A stretch of DNA of 64,000 nt from Mobula hypostoma (taxonomy: Eukaryota): assembly GCF_963921235.1 (NCBI RefSeq), contig NC_086097.1, forward strand, positions 18,230,001 through 18,294,000, in the 5' to 3' direction. Positions within the stretch are counted from its first letter, which is position 1. Each line of letters starts with the position of its first letter. The position numbers and the translations under genes were made by a program. The notes under the pieces were generated by a model. That model saw only the letters and a list, made by a program, of their open reading frames with translations. It had not been told where the DNA came from and ran no database searches. Positions 1 to 11,771 of the stretch are shown here, in pieces.

Positions 1-1626
1 CGTCTGGCAGCACATTCCATACTCCCACCACTCTCTGTGTGAAGAAGCCCCCCCAATGTTCCCTTTAAACTTTTCCACCCTCACCCTAAGCCCATGTCCT
101 CTGGTTTTTTTCTCCCCTTGCCTCAGTGGAAAAAGCCTGCTTGCATTCACTCTATCTATACCCATCATAATTTTATATACCTCTATCAAATCTCCCCTCA
201 TTCTTCTACGCTCCAGGGAATAAAGTCCTAACCTATTCAACCTTTCTCTGTAACTGAGTTTCTCAAGTCCCGGCAACATCCTTGTAAACCTTCTCTGCAC
301 TCTTTCAACCTTATTTACATCCTTCCTGTAATTTGGTGACCAAAACTGAACACAATACTCCAGATTCGGCCTCACCAATGCCTCATACAACCTCATCATA
401 ACATTCCAGCTCTTATACTCAATACTTTGATTATTAAAGGCTAATGTACCAAAAGCTCTCTTTACGACCTGTGACCTGTGACGCCACTTTTAGGGAATCT
501 TGTATCTGTATTCCCAGATCCCTCTGTTCCACTGCACTCCTCAGTGCTTTACCATTAACTCTGTATGTTCTACGTTGGTTTGCCCTTCCAACGTGCAATA
601 CCTCACACTTGTCAGTATTAAACTCCATCTGCCATTTTTCAGCCCATTTTTCCAGATGGTCCAAGTCCCTCTGCAGGCTCTGAAAACCTTCCTCGCTGTC
701 TACTACACCTCCAATCTTTGTATCATTAGCAAACTTGCTGATCCAATTTACCACATTATCATCCAGATCATTGATATAAATTACAAATAACAATGGACCC
801 AGCACTGATCCCTGTGGCACACCACTAGTCACAGGCCTCCACTCAGAGAAGCAATTCTCTACCACCACTCTCTGGCTTCTTCCATCGAGCCAATATCTAA
901 TCCAATTTACCACCTCTCCATGTATACCTAGTGACTGAATTTTCCTAACTAACCTCCCATGCGGGACCTTGTCAAAGGCCTTACTGAAGTCCATGTAGAC
1001 AATATCCACTGCCTTCCCTTCATCCACTTTCCTGGTAACCTCCTCGAAAAACTCCAATAGATTGGTCAAACATGATACCACGCACAAAGCCATGTTGACT
1101 CTCCCTAATAAGTCCCAGTCTATCCAAATGCTTGTAGATTCTGTCTCTTAGTATTCCCTCCAATAACTTACCTACTACCGACGTTAAACTTACTGGCCTA
1201 TAATTTCCCGGATTACTTTTCGATCCTTTTTTAAACAATGGAACAACATGAGCCACTCTCCAATCCTCTGGCACTTCACCCGTAGACAGCGACATTTTAA
1301 ATATTTCAGCTAGGGCCCCTGCAATTTCAACACTAGTCTCCTTCAAGGTCCGAGGGAACACCCTGTCAGGTCCTGGGGATTTATCCACTTTAATTTTCCT
1401 CAAGACAACAAGGACCTCCTCCTTTTCGATCTGTACAGTTTCCATGATCTCACTACTTGTTTCCCTTAATTCCATAGACTTCATGCCAGTTTCCTTAGTA
1501 AACACAGATGCAAAAAACCTATTTATGATCTCCCCCATTTCCTTTGGTTCCGCACATAGCCGACCACTCTGATCTTCAAGAGGACCAATTTTATCCCTTA
1601 CAATCCTTTTGCTCTTAATATACCTG
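1..1626 (-). mobile_element. CR1-clade LINE, 5'-truncated, young but frameshifted (RT region; 3' end runs off the window start)
   Basis: ORFs 1020-1538 and 434-1093 encode CR1 RT motifs ([39 protein letters not shown] for FADD). Near-identical by eye to the reverse complement of 11772-13140. Frameshifts at ~1075 and ~470. Confidence 0.95.
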
Positions 1627-1634
1627 AATATAGC

Positions 1635-1945
1635 ATGAAGTCAAAGTGAATTTATCATCAAAGTACATACATGCATCATATACAACCTGAGATTCATTGT
1701 CCTGCAGGCATTTATAGGAAAATAAAGAAATACCGTAGACTTTATGAAAACTGTACGTAAAAACTGACAAACAAACAATGTGCAAAAGAAGGCAGATTGT
1801 GAAATAAAAAAATTAGTCCTGAGGACATGAATTGTAAGTGGCTTGAAAGTGAGTCTATAGGTTGTGGAATCAGTTTAGAGTTGAGGTGAGTGAAGTTATC
1901 CACGTTGGTTCAGGAGCCTGATGCTTAAAGGGTAATTACTGTTCC
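1635..1945 (-). mobile_element. Rex1/Babar-type LINE 3' end fragment
   Basis: Same tail and 'ttcaggagcctgatg' segment as the 3225-3690 copy, which encodes the Rex1-like C-terminus. Confidence 0.7.
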
Positions 1946-2045
1946 AGACAACACAGACAAAATGCTGGAGCAACTCAGCAGGCCAGGCAACATTGATAGA
2001 AAAGAGTACAGTCGACACTTTGGACCGAGACCCTTCATCAGTCCT
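1946..2045 (-). mobile_element. Penelope-like element 3' end with degenerate hammerhead motif
   Basis: Reverse complement reads ctgatgaagggtctcggtccaaagtgtcgactgt, followed by the cctgctgagttgctccagcattttg tail. Confidence 0.75.
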
Positions 2046-3224
2046 CAACTCTCCCCATGTCCATATCGCTGGACTTGGATCATGGAGTGGAGGCCTAGAT
2101 TCTGTATGCCTTTTGTTACCTGTCCACTTGGCGTGGAGTGAGCCCTGGCATCTAACTCCTCCACATTGCTGTCCCTAATCCCTAATCTGAACTCTAGTTC
2201 CCCCACCATCCCTATCTATAAACCCTAATCTATTCCCTAACTCCCCTCTCTGTCCCCCCAAAAAAAAACAACTAATTGTGGGCTACGATTTTGACAGAGA
2301 CCAACTGGCCATCTTGCCTTTGATCCCAACCTCTAACCTTTTGGATCAGTTTCCCAAATAGAATCTTTTCAAATACCCTTACTGAAGTCACATTGCACTC
2401 AACAATATCCTTTATTGAAAAATGTCAACTGTTTGTAATAGACGCTGAGGTGGTGATAGTGCTGTTTAAATTGGTCCTATGCTTGTGGTTGGGGCAACCC
2501 TAGGCAATTATAGATGTGAACAAGGTGATTGAGCTTCAGTCAAAAGCTATTAGGCTGTCATGACTGTATTGCAGAGGAATGGGATTCCATACTTGAATGA
2601 GTGTGTAATAAACATGTATCAAAACACATTCCAAAAATTTTATAGTCCATGATAACAAATCATAATTCTTCTGAATGCTTTTTTCTTTGTAGCATGCTAA
2701 GATGAATATATATCAAAGATACATTAAAAGTGTCTATAAAAATCTAACAATGGGAAGAATAATTCAAACACTTGTGTAGAGTGCATTTCCTTGCTATTTT
2801 GTAAATTCAAAAGATAAATTTAGAAGCCAGTTTAATGCAATTATTATTAACAGGGATCACCGACAATGGTGAGGACAAACGCACCTTTGATTAAAATGGG
2901 TTTAACATTTGATGGAAAATAACAGCAAAATGAAGACAATATTGATGCTTTTAGTCGGCAGGAAAGTAATATAAGGTCTGAAATGATAACTTTCAAATAG
3001 GCTTAATGATTGCTAGGCAACCCTAGTTCTGGCTTCCTTCTGGATTCCCACTCTTGTTATTTTTATGTCCTGTTTTTGAGAAGGCGGGGATGATCGATAC
3101 CATTTGTCTGGTGGGTGTGTTTTGAGGGCAAATATGGTGAGACTCATCCCAGTCGCCAATGCTAAAAGACACAAGTCTGAGGCAATGGGATCCAATGATG
3201 CTGGGATTTTTTTTCCATGACCAT

Positions 3225-3690
3225 ATCAAAGTCAAAGTACATTTATGATCATATACTACCATATTCTATCTTGTGATTCAGTTTCCTGCAGACATTTACA
3301 GGAAGATAAAAAATACAACAATATTTATGAAAAAAAATATGCTTAAGCAAAGACTGACAAACAGCCAGAGTTGAGTTGAGTGAAGTTATCCCACTGGTTC
3401 AGGAGCCTGATGGTTGCAGGGTTATATCTGGTTCTGAACCTGATGCTGTAGGGTCTTAGGCTCCTGTACCTCCTGCCCAATGTTTGTAGCTCGAAGAGAG
3501 CATGACCTGGATGGTGGGGGTCCTTGATGATGGATGATACTTTCTTCTGGCAGTGCTGCATGTAGATGTGCTCAATGATGGAAAGGGCTTCTTTGACTGT
3601 GATGGACTGGGCTATATACACCACTTACTGTAAGCGTTTCTGTTCCTGGGCATTAGTGATTCCATACCAGGTCTTGCATTCAACCTACAA
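3225..3690 (-). mobile_element. Rex1/Babar-type LINE 3' fragment
   Basis: ORF 3343-3624 SSIIKDPHHPGHALF...GRRYRSLR...RFRTRYNPATIRLLN matches the typical Rex1/Babar ORF C-terminus. Followed by a 3' UTR ending in a (tttga)-like tail. Confidence 0.8.
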
Positions 3691-4061
3691 GCCAAGCTCC
3701 ACCATACTTTTGCCTTCAGCTAAATAACAATTTGGGCTTGAGAAAGTACTCTTAAGAGTGTTGTCTTATTCAATTTACTTTCCAATGTATCCAGATGTTA
3801 GAGAAATAAATTATAGCTTCATACTTACTATAACCTGGAAGGTCATTTGATTCAACCAAATCATCCCATTAGCCTGATTCCTCCCTCTTTATTCATCACA
3901 TCTCTGCAATGAATTCTCCCTCACATATACATCCACCACTAAAGGACAATTTAGAATAATTAAGACAGCAGAACATCTGATGTTTGTAAGAGGAAAATAG
4001 AGCTCCCAGGCGAAACCCACACAGTCAGAAGAAGATCATGAAAATTCCACAGAAACAAAGG

Positions 4062-4770
4062 ATTCAAAGGTTTCAAAGTACATTTATTATCAAAGTATGT
4101 ATGCAGTGTACAACCGTGAGATTTGTTTTCTCCACAGAGAGCCAGAAAACAAGGAAAATAACAGAACCTGTTCCAAGAAAAACATCAGCTCACCCATAGA
4201 AGAAAAAATCATGCAAACGGCAACAGGAAAGAACAAATGACAACACAGAATTGAAAGAGTCAATATTCAGTTCAGCTCCGTTTTCATTAGTCCAATCCAC
4301 AAATCACAGACACAGAACTTTGGTATCATCCTCCGATACTATCGAGGGAGAGAGAAAGAAACCACTCCTCGGGAGCAGAGAGCAAGAGGGAGAGAGAAAG
4401 AGGCTGTCTCATGCGGACACCTTCCTCCAGCAACAGCGAGCAAGAGGCTGGTAGATGGCACTAAACACTCTCATGCCTCGATGTTTTCAATCTTCCTTGA
4501 AGATTTAATCTGCATGATCAGCAAGAAATGGAGTTGATCATGGGCTCACGCTCCATCTCTAAGCTTCACCTCATGGAACCTTCTTGGAGACAGCAAAGCG
4601 CCAGATCGCTCAATTGATCCAACAACACGCCATTAAACTGTAGATCACAGGCTCCAACAGTACTAGAACCACATTTAAAATAAAAAGAAGTAAAGGAACA
4701 GTTTCGTAGAGCATCTGTAGAATGTCGCCTGTGGTAGCACTATTCACTGGTGCCACCTTCTTCCAGACAG
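4062..4770 (-). mobile_element. Non-autonomous retroelement (~700 bp) with Rex-type 3' tail
   Basis: On the minus strand it ends ...atactttgataataaatgtactttgaaacctttgaa, shared with the Rex-type tails. The head begins ggaagaaggtggcacc. No intact ORF. Confidence 0.55.
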
Positions 4771-4789
4771 CACCCCAGTGTCCAATTTC

Positions 4790-5940
4790 CTCACTAATTC
4801 ACCAAGAATCATTAGATTCTGGAATGGTTCCAGAGGACTGGAAAATTGCAAATGTCACTCCACTCTTTGAGAAGGAAGCGAGGCAGAAGACAGGAAATTA
4901 TAGGTCAATTATACTGACTTTATCTGTTGGGAATATGTTGGAGTCCATTATTAAGGATGCGGTTACAGGGTACTTGGAGGCAGATGATAAAATAGGCCCT
5001 AGTCAGCATGGTTTCCTTAAGGGGAAATCTTGCCTGACAAAACAGTTTGCAGGTGATATGAAGATGGAGGGGGAGGTAGTGTTGAGGAATCAGGGAGTCT
5101 TCAGATGGAAACGGACGGATTGGGAGAATGGGCAAAGTAGTGCCAAATGGAGTACAGTGTAGGGATGTGCATGGTCATCCATTTTGGTGGAAGGAATAAA
5201 GCCATTAAATATTTTATAACTGGAATGAAAATTCAAAAATTGGAGGTGCAAAGGGACTTGGGAGTCCTTGTACAGGATTCCCTAAAGGTTAACTTGCAGG
5301 TTGAGTCAGTGGTGAGAAAGGCAAATGCAATATTAGCATTAATTTCAAGAGAACTAGAATGTGAAAACAAGGATGTAATGCAAAGGCTTTATAAGGCATT
5401 GGTCGGGCAGCACCTAGAGTATAGTGAGCATTTTAAGTCCCTTAACTCAGAAAAGATGTGCTGACATTGGAGGAGGTTCACGAGAATAATTCTGGGTATG
5501 AAAGGGTTAACCCATGAGGAGTGTTTGATGGCTCTGGACCTGTACTCACTAGAGTTTAGAAGAATGAAGGCAGATCTGATGGAAACCTATCAGATTTTGA
5601 AAGGCCTACGTTGAAAGGACGTGGAGAGGATGTTTCCTATAGCTGAGTCGAGGACCTATCAGAATAGAGAGAATCCATTTAGAATAGAGATGAGGAGGAA
5701 CTCATTTAACCTGAGGGTTGTGAATCTGTGGAATTCAGCTCTATGGATGGCTGCTGATGCCAGATTGTTGAGTACTTTTAAAGCAGAGGTTGATAGGTTC
5801 TTGATTAGATAGGACATCAAAAGTTATGGAGAGAAGCAGGAGAATGGGATTGAGAGGGAAATAGATCAGCCATGATGGAATGAGGGAGCAGACCCAATTG
5901 GCCAAGTGCCCTAATTCTGCTCTTGTGTCTTATGGTCTAA
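4790..5940 (+). mobile_element. Degenerate CR1 LINE with internal RT deletion
   Basis: ORFs 4722-5812: PEDWKIANVTPLF, SQHGFLKGKSCLT joined directly to FAGD, RVVNLWNS. CR1 3' UTR ends tcttatggtct. Confidence 0.9.
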
Positions 5941-6464
5941 ATCAGTGCTATACAAATATGTTGCATGACCAAGATTCGGGTACAGGAGTAGGTTTGCTGA
6001 ATGGAGGGACGTATATAATCCATATTCATGAAACACCAATGAAATTCACTGGTGAACTAAAACAGGTCGGAGGTCAGGTAAGCTCTTGAGACACAGGCCT
6101 TTGACTCTGGAAGGGGAGAAGAGCTGAAAGAAAATCTTACAAGTGAAATGAAAAAGTATTTGCAAAATAGAGCAGTTGCTGAAAATACCCAGCAGGCCAG
6201 GCAGCCTCTGTGAAGAAGAACCGGAGTTGATATTCAGGTCACAATCTTTCACTGAAACTCAGATCTCAGATGACCTGATATGTGTTTACATGAATGCTTG
6301 TAGTTTGAGTCATTATAATTTGAAATATTCAAAGTTTTCCTGCTTTCCTGATGGCAATTTTATACACGGTTTCTGTTTCTCATTTTCTGTGCACTTCAAG
6401 GCTGTTGATTAGTTTTTCATTATTCCCCAAACAGGCGGGCTTGATTTGTTGTCTTTCAGATCCA

Positions 6465-6760
6465 GATTCATTCATTTATCCCATGCACGTCAAAACGTGC
6501 GGTGGAACCCCTCGTTTGCATCAACGTCCAGCACAACCTAACGACGTGCTGGCGGCTGCCTGCAAGTGCCGTCATACATTCCGGTGCCAACATAACATGC
6601 CCACCACCTTCAGCACAGTGACCCCCACCACAACAAAATGACAACACAACAAGCATCAAAGCAACAGCAGCAAAAACAAGCCCCTTTCCTCCCACCAACC
6701 CACTTACCCACCTGCTCACACACACTGACAGTCCTCCAGCCACCAGACAGGCCTCCAGGG
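6465..6760 (-). repeat. Interspersed repeat 3' part (family also at 8040-8760 and 61490-62280)
   Basis: Shared 'gctgcctgcaagtgccgtcatacattccggtgccaacataacatgc' and 'aaaacaagcccctttcctcc' segments. Confidence 0.65.
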
Positions 6761-7092
6761 GAACCACGGATTCACGTGGTGCCCATGGCATCTGACAACT
6801 GCCTAGGTTGTTATTACGCCCTCAGATTCTGGAAATCTGAAATAAAGTATTCTGTGACCTGCTGAGCATTGTTTTTCATTTTCTGTTTTACTTCATTCAC
6901 TTTGTTTATTTTCATAAACATCAGCTTGTAAGATGTAAAATCCTGCATGATTCGAGAAGTTTCCTGCAGCTTTTATTTTGGCTGGGTGTGAACAACAGAG
7001 GAAAAGATGAATTTCTGTTGCACCGAGTACAGATAGTTTGGGCATGCCGATTTTATAACAATATGACCTCCCGGGAAATCGTATAAAGGTGA

Positions 7093-7615
7093 AGATTAAA
7101 GATTAGCTTTATTTGTCACATGTTCTGTATATCGAAATGTGCAGTGATATGCATCGTTTTACATCAAATCAAATCCACGAAGATTGTGCTGGGTGGGCAG
7201 ACCCCAACTGCTGGCACATTTCTGCTGCCCATGTAGCATGCCCTCAACTCACTGACCGTAACCGTAAGTCTTAGAAACATGGGAGAAAACTGGAGCATCC
7301 AGAGGAAACCCACGCGGGTAATGGGATGAACGTAACAAACTCCTTACAGACTGCAGCGGGATTCGAACCCTCAACTTACAGCTGGCAGCTATAATACATT
7401 GCAGTAACCAGAATCACAAGGGAGGAGGAACTTGGGGGTTGATGTGCCTGTTCCGTTTTTGTTTGTTTTTTTTTGTGGGGAGATGGGATTTGGGGGTTGA
7501 TTCTTTTCTTTCTCGGTTTCATGGCAACCCGGAGAAGTGAAGAATTTCAGAGTTGTATACTTTGATAATAAATGAACCTTTGAACCTTTTAAATGCTATG
7601 TTACCATGCCACCCA
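7093..7615 (-). mobile_element. V-domain tRNA-derived SINE (tail type B), interrupted by a Rex-tail fragment at ~7420-7590
   Basis: V-domain reverse complement (ggagcatccagaggaaacccacgc), B-box reverse complement (gggattcgaaccc), tail gattagctttatttgtcacatg. Confidence 0.75.
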
Positions 7616-8039
7616 CTCCATAATTATAGTCTATTAACTAAAATGTCTATAATTTTTTTGCAATTATAGCTTATCTGTAAAATTTTTAATATGTGTTCAA
7701 TGGCAAGGGATAGCATGAATATGAATCTTGAAATACTGTCAGACTACATAATAAAACAGGTAAGCTGGTTTGAAACATTGATCAGGTTGCAATCTAAATG
7801 ACGAAAAGACTGAAGTACTTCCTTCCTATATCTCATCACTGTAGTCTGAAGCAGTGTTTGCAGACTACCTCACAATGGAGGCAGCTGGCTAAACTCATTG
7901 TAGTGTACATAGTTACCCTGAAGACACCAGTGAGTAAGTAGTGTGGCCCTTTGTCTATCCTTATTAGGTTTTGGATGTTTTACATTATCTAACATTAGCT
8001 CTTTCAGCACAGTTGATGTACCTTCTAATCTCTGAAGTT

Positions 8040-8760
8040 TATCTGCTCAAAGGCCTATGATGAGGACGGGTGATGAAGAACATGGGGAGCCCAGGCTTCC
8101 ACTCTGCATTCAAAGGCTAGTGATGTGGACGTATGACAATGGACATCCATAGATGTCGGCTGTTCCGGGCTGGTGGGTGCCGGGACTGGATGTCCAAGCA
8201 CGCGTGAGTCCAATGAAGCCAGAGCTCAAGGCCTGGAGCCTGGGGTCTCATCATCGGCTAGTCTGAGGGTCAATACTGAAGATCAAAGCCCAAAAGTTGA
8301 TCAGAGACCGGCAGCTGGAGCCTGGTGTCCGCAAGCTGGAGAATGGAGACTGGAGGCCGGAGAATGGGGACTGGAGACTGGAGAGTGGAGAATGGAGACT
8401 GGAGACTGGAGAATGGAGACTAGAGACTGAAGAACCAGAGGCCTGCTCTGGAGTTGGAGCACGGTCTGTGCGTGTGGGAGGGAGGAACGGGGCTTGTTTT
8501 GCCACTGTTATTTTGCTGCTTGTTGTGTTCTGTGTTGTTCTGCCAAGCATTATGGACTTGATATGGTGGCACTGGAATCTGTGGCAACACTTGCAGGCTG
8601 CTCCCAGAACATCCTAAAATTATTTTGATTGTTAATGCAAACGATGCATTTCATAGACACAAGAGGTTGTACAGATGCTGGAAGAGATTGTGAAAACCTG
8701 CCTCTGATTCTGAAATCCAGAGCAACACTCAAATGCATTTCCTGTGTGTTTTGATAAACA
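8040..8760 (+). repeat. Interspersed repeat containing a (GGAGACT/GGAGAAT)n 7-mer tandem array at ~8338-8430
   Basis: 7-mer array visible directly. 3' part shared with 6465-6760. The tail resumes after the nested element at ~9580-9615. Confidence 0.6.
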
Positions 8761-8764
8761 TCAC

Positions 8765-9570
8765 AGGTTCAAAGGTACAATTTAATGTCAGAGAAATGTA
8801 TACAATATACAACCTGAAATGCTTTTTCTTCGCAACCATCCACGAAAACAGAAGTGCCCCCAGGAATGAACGACAGTTAAGTGTTGGAACCCCAAAGTGC
8901 CCCCTAGCTCACCCCTCCAGGTGTAAGCGGCAGCGAGCAATGATCCCCCCACCCCTACTGGCAAAAAAAAGCTTCAGCACCGCCACTGGGCACCCAAGTG
9001 TGAGCAAAGCAACAGCAAAGACACAGACTTGCAGTTACCCCAAAGACTTGGTGTTTCACCCAGTATTCGACATACCACAGGTTCTCCCTCTCCCTAATAA
9101 GGGAGAAAGAGATGTCTCCGTTTTCACAGCGAGCGGGCAGACATAACAAACAACTCTCTGGTTTACGATGTTGAAAATCCGCCACGTCGCTTTTTTCGAG
9201 CTCTGTGTCCAAAAAGCTGGGCACACAGCCACAGATATCCCGACTCCCCCAACGACGTGCGGGTCTCCTGACGTGACACCGACCTTCGATCCGCCTGTCT
9301 CCAGAGCCCCAAGATCCCAGGCTTCCGAATCCGAGCTGGATTCTTAGGCAAAGCCTTTGGCGAGCCAAACAACAACGGGTGGTTGTGAAACCCTGGGAGC
9401 GGGTCCTATTTCCATAAAGGACCGCATTCAGCGTGTAACTCCAAGTCAGAGTCTTCAAAAGAACCCTGAAAGGGAAAAAAAGAGATATTAAAGATGGAAA
9501 TAGAGCTGTTTCCAAAGATTGAAGCAAAGGAGTCGCCATTAGGCGCCATTAGGCACCATTAACCCTCCTA
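8765..9570 (-). mobile_element. Non-autonomous retroelement (~800 bp), CpG-rich, with Rex-type tail
   Basis: Minus-strand tail ...gcatttcaggttgtatattgtatacatttctctgacattaaattgtacctttgaacc. Head has a (taatggcgcc)x3-like repeat. Splits another repeat. Confidence 0.6.
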
Positions 9571-9629
9571 AGCTCTGCCATATGATAAATAAATGAATTG
9601 GATTCTGAATCTGAATATCCTTCTGACAC

Positions 9630-9970
9630 AGAGTGTGGCCATTCAACCCATTGAGTCTATGCCAGCTCCCAGACCAATCCCATTTTCCACAGATTTCCCC
9701 TGCAGCTCTTCTCCAGGCTTCCTTAAAACCTTCATATCCTCCCCACCCAGATTCTAACACACGTCTACACATGTTGGCCAATTTATAGTAGCCAATTATC
9801 TTACCAAATCCATGTCCTTGGGATGAGGGTGAAAACCGAATCATCCACCGGAAGCCTACAAGATCACAGGAAGAATGTATAAGCCTCACACAGTCAGCAC
9901 CCAAGGTTAGGATTGAAGCTAGTCTACTAGAGATGTGAGGCAGCAGCACTACCTGCTATGCGACCCTCTG
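9630..9970 (-). mobile_element. Degenerate V-SINE with CR1-like tail (HE1-like)
   Basis: tRNA-like head and V-domain remnants. The tail 'ggccattcaacccattgagtctatgccagc' resembles the reverse complement of a CR1 3' end. Confidence 0.55.
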
Positions 9971-10045
9971 AACTACTGGCAGTCTGACAGTCTTTAAATG
10001 GAACTTTAGTAACGTTTTCAAAATTGCAAAACAAAGCACCTTTAT

Positions 10046-10245
10046 TGAAGGGTCTTGGCCCGAAATGTCGACTATTTATTCCCAAAATGATGGAGGAACT
10101 CAGCAGGTCAGGCCGTCCTGATGAAGCATCTTGCCCTGAAACATCGACTGTTTATTCTTCCTCTAGACGCTGCCTGACCTGCTGAGTTCCTCCAATATTT
10201 TGTGTGTGTCGCTCTGTATCTCCAGCATCTTCAGAATCTCTTGTC
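10046..10245 (+). mobile_element. Penelope-like 3' ends with an internal inverted repeat and degenerate hammerhead motifs
   Basis: Perfect 23-bp inverted repeat (10091-10113 / 10172-10194) flanking gtcctgatga...gaaacatcgactg. Confidence 0.75.
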
Positions 10246-11047
10246 TTCACATTTTGTTTCAGCCTTTTCTGCAAGTGAAAAGCAGCTTTTTTAATTATAA
10301 ATAGACTTTTGTGCCATGAGAATTGTAACTAACGTTTTGCACTGGAGTGCTGATTATTTGTGCGAAAACACACATTTTCCATCTCGGCTTGAGCTTAGTA
10401 TTTTCTCCACAATCTCCACCACTGTTTTTAACCAAGATCAATTATTCAGTCTACACAGCATTTTACAGGTTTGGCATAAGGTGAGGGGGCACAGAATCTG
10501 TAACGCTCATTTACAACTTTCTTGAGCTAAGACTCCCTGAATTAGCAGGAGGAAGGGGTTTGGCTAGCAGGGGATTTATCTAGGAGTAAATATTGCAAGC
10601 TGTCTGACAGTTCTCAGTAAAAAAAAATGTCTTAATATGCATATACTAAAGTGAATAAAAGGCAAGCTCGACTGTCTTCAATATCATGGGGTGCTTGATG
10701 TAAACTGAGCAGGCAGTTTCTCTTGTTTTTTGTGTGTGGGAAGGTGTGCATCTTTGCATGCTAATTTAGCTCAGCATATCTTGAGGGGAGTTCAGATTGT
10801 TTCTGACTAATCAGTTTTTGCTGATAGCTAATCCACAGGAAAGAAAAACTGTGCCTGAAGGCCCAGCATCCACCCTCTAGTCCCAGAGACGTGGAAGGTT
10901 CAGGAAGGCAGGAAGGGGATAGAGCTGTGCTCTCAACAAAATGTTAACTACAATCCTGTTTTATTCTCATTGTGAAAGTTGCCAGTCTCTTGGGCTGTAC
11001 CATTCAATCATTTTCTTGGGAGATTCGAAGTCCACTATGTGCGCAGA

Positions 11048-11255
11048 AACACATACCAGTTGCTAGAGGGACTCAGCAGGTCAGGCAGCATTCATGGGGA
11101 GGGAAAAGGAGTGGGTATTTTGGGCCGAGACCCTGTCCTAGTGAGGGGTCTTGGACTGAAAATTTGGCTCCTTATTCCTCTCAGTAGGTGCTGCCTGACC
11201 TGCTGAGTTCCTCCATCATTTTACTCTGGATATCCAGCAGAATCTCTTGTGCTTA
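11048..11255. mobile_element. Palindromic Penelope-derived element
   Basis: actcagcaggtcaggcagca ... tgctgcctgacctgctgagt inverted arms around a degenerate hammerhead. Confidence 0.7.
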
Positions 11256-11771
11256 TGATTCACTGTGTACACAACCTTCAGCCTTGAGGCACAGCAGTTG
11301 TAACTCAAACAGAAATTATATCCATATTTCCTTAGACATGGAAAGAAGCCTTCCTTCTTGAGCGATATGGACAGGGTAAACACGTGCAGGCGTTTCCCCC
11401 TGACATTGGGTAAGACTAGAGCTAGAGGTCACAGGTTAAGGCTGTAAAATGAAATATGTACATGCATCCTCAGGCAGAATTTCTTTGCTCAGAGAGTGGT
11501 GCAAGTGTGGAATGAGCTGCCAGCAGAAGTGTGGATGTGGTTTCAATTAAAGGGATTTTAAAGATTAGCTTTATTTGTCACATGTACATTGGTACATACA
11601 GTGAATTGAACCGTTTGTGTCAAGTCAAATGACAAGGATTGTGCTGGGCTGCCTGCAAGTCACTGCATTTTCCAGTGCCAACATTGCAGCCCCACAGCTC
11701 AGAAACCCTAACCCAACGTCTTTGAAATGTGGGAGGAAACCCACATGGTCACAGGGAGAATATCAGTAAAG

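Noticed and set aside
2170..2245. Interstitial telomere-like CCCTAA motifs
   Set aside because: Only four scattered hexamers in a C-rich stretch, not a tandem array.
8955..9539. 194-aa and 204-aa (19149-19763) ORFs as novel genes
   Set aside because: They lie wholly inside GC-rich non-autonomous repeats, and the second is a rearranged Rex1-like remnant.
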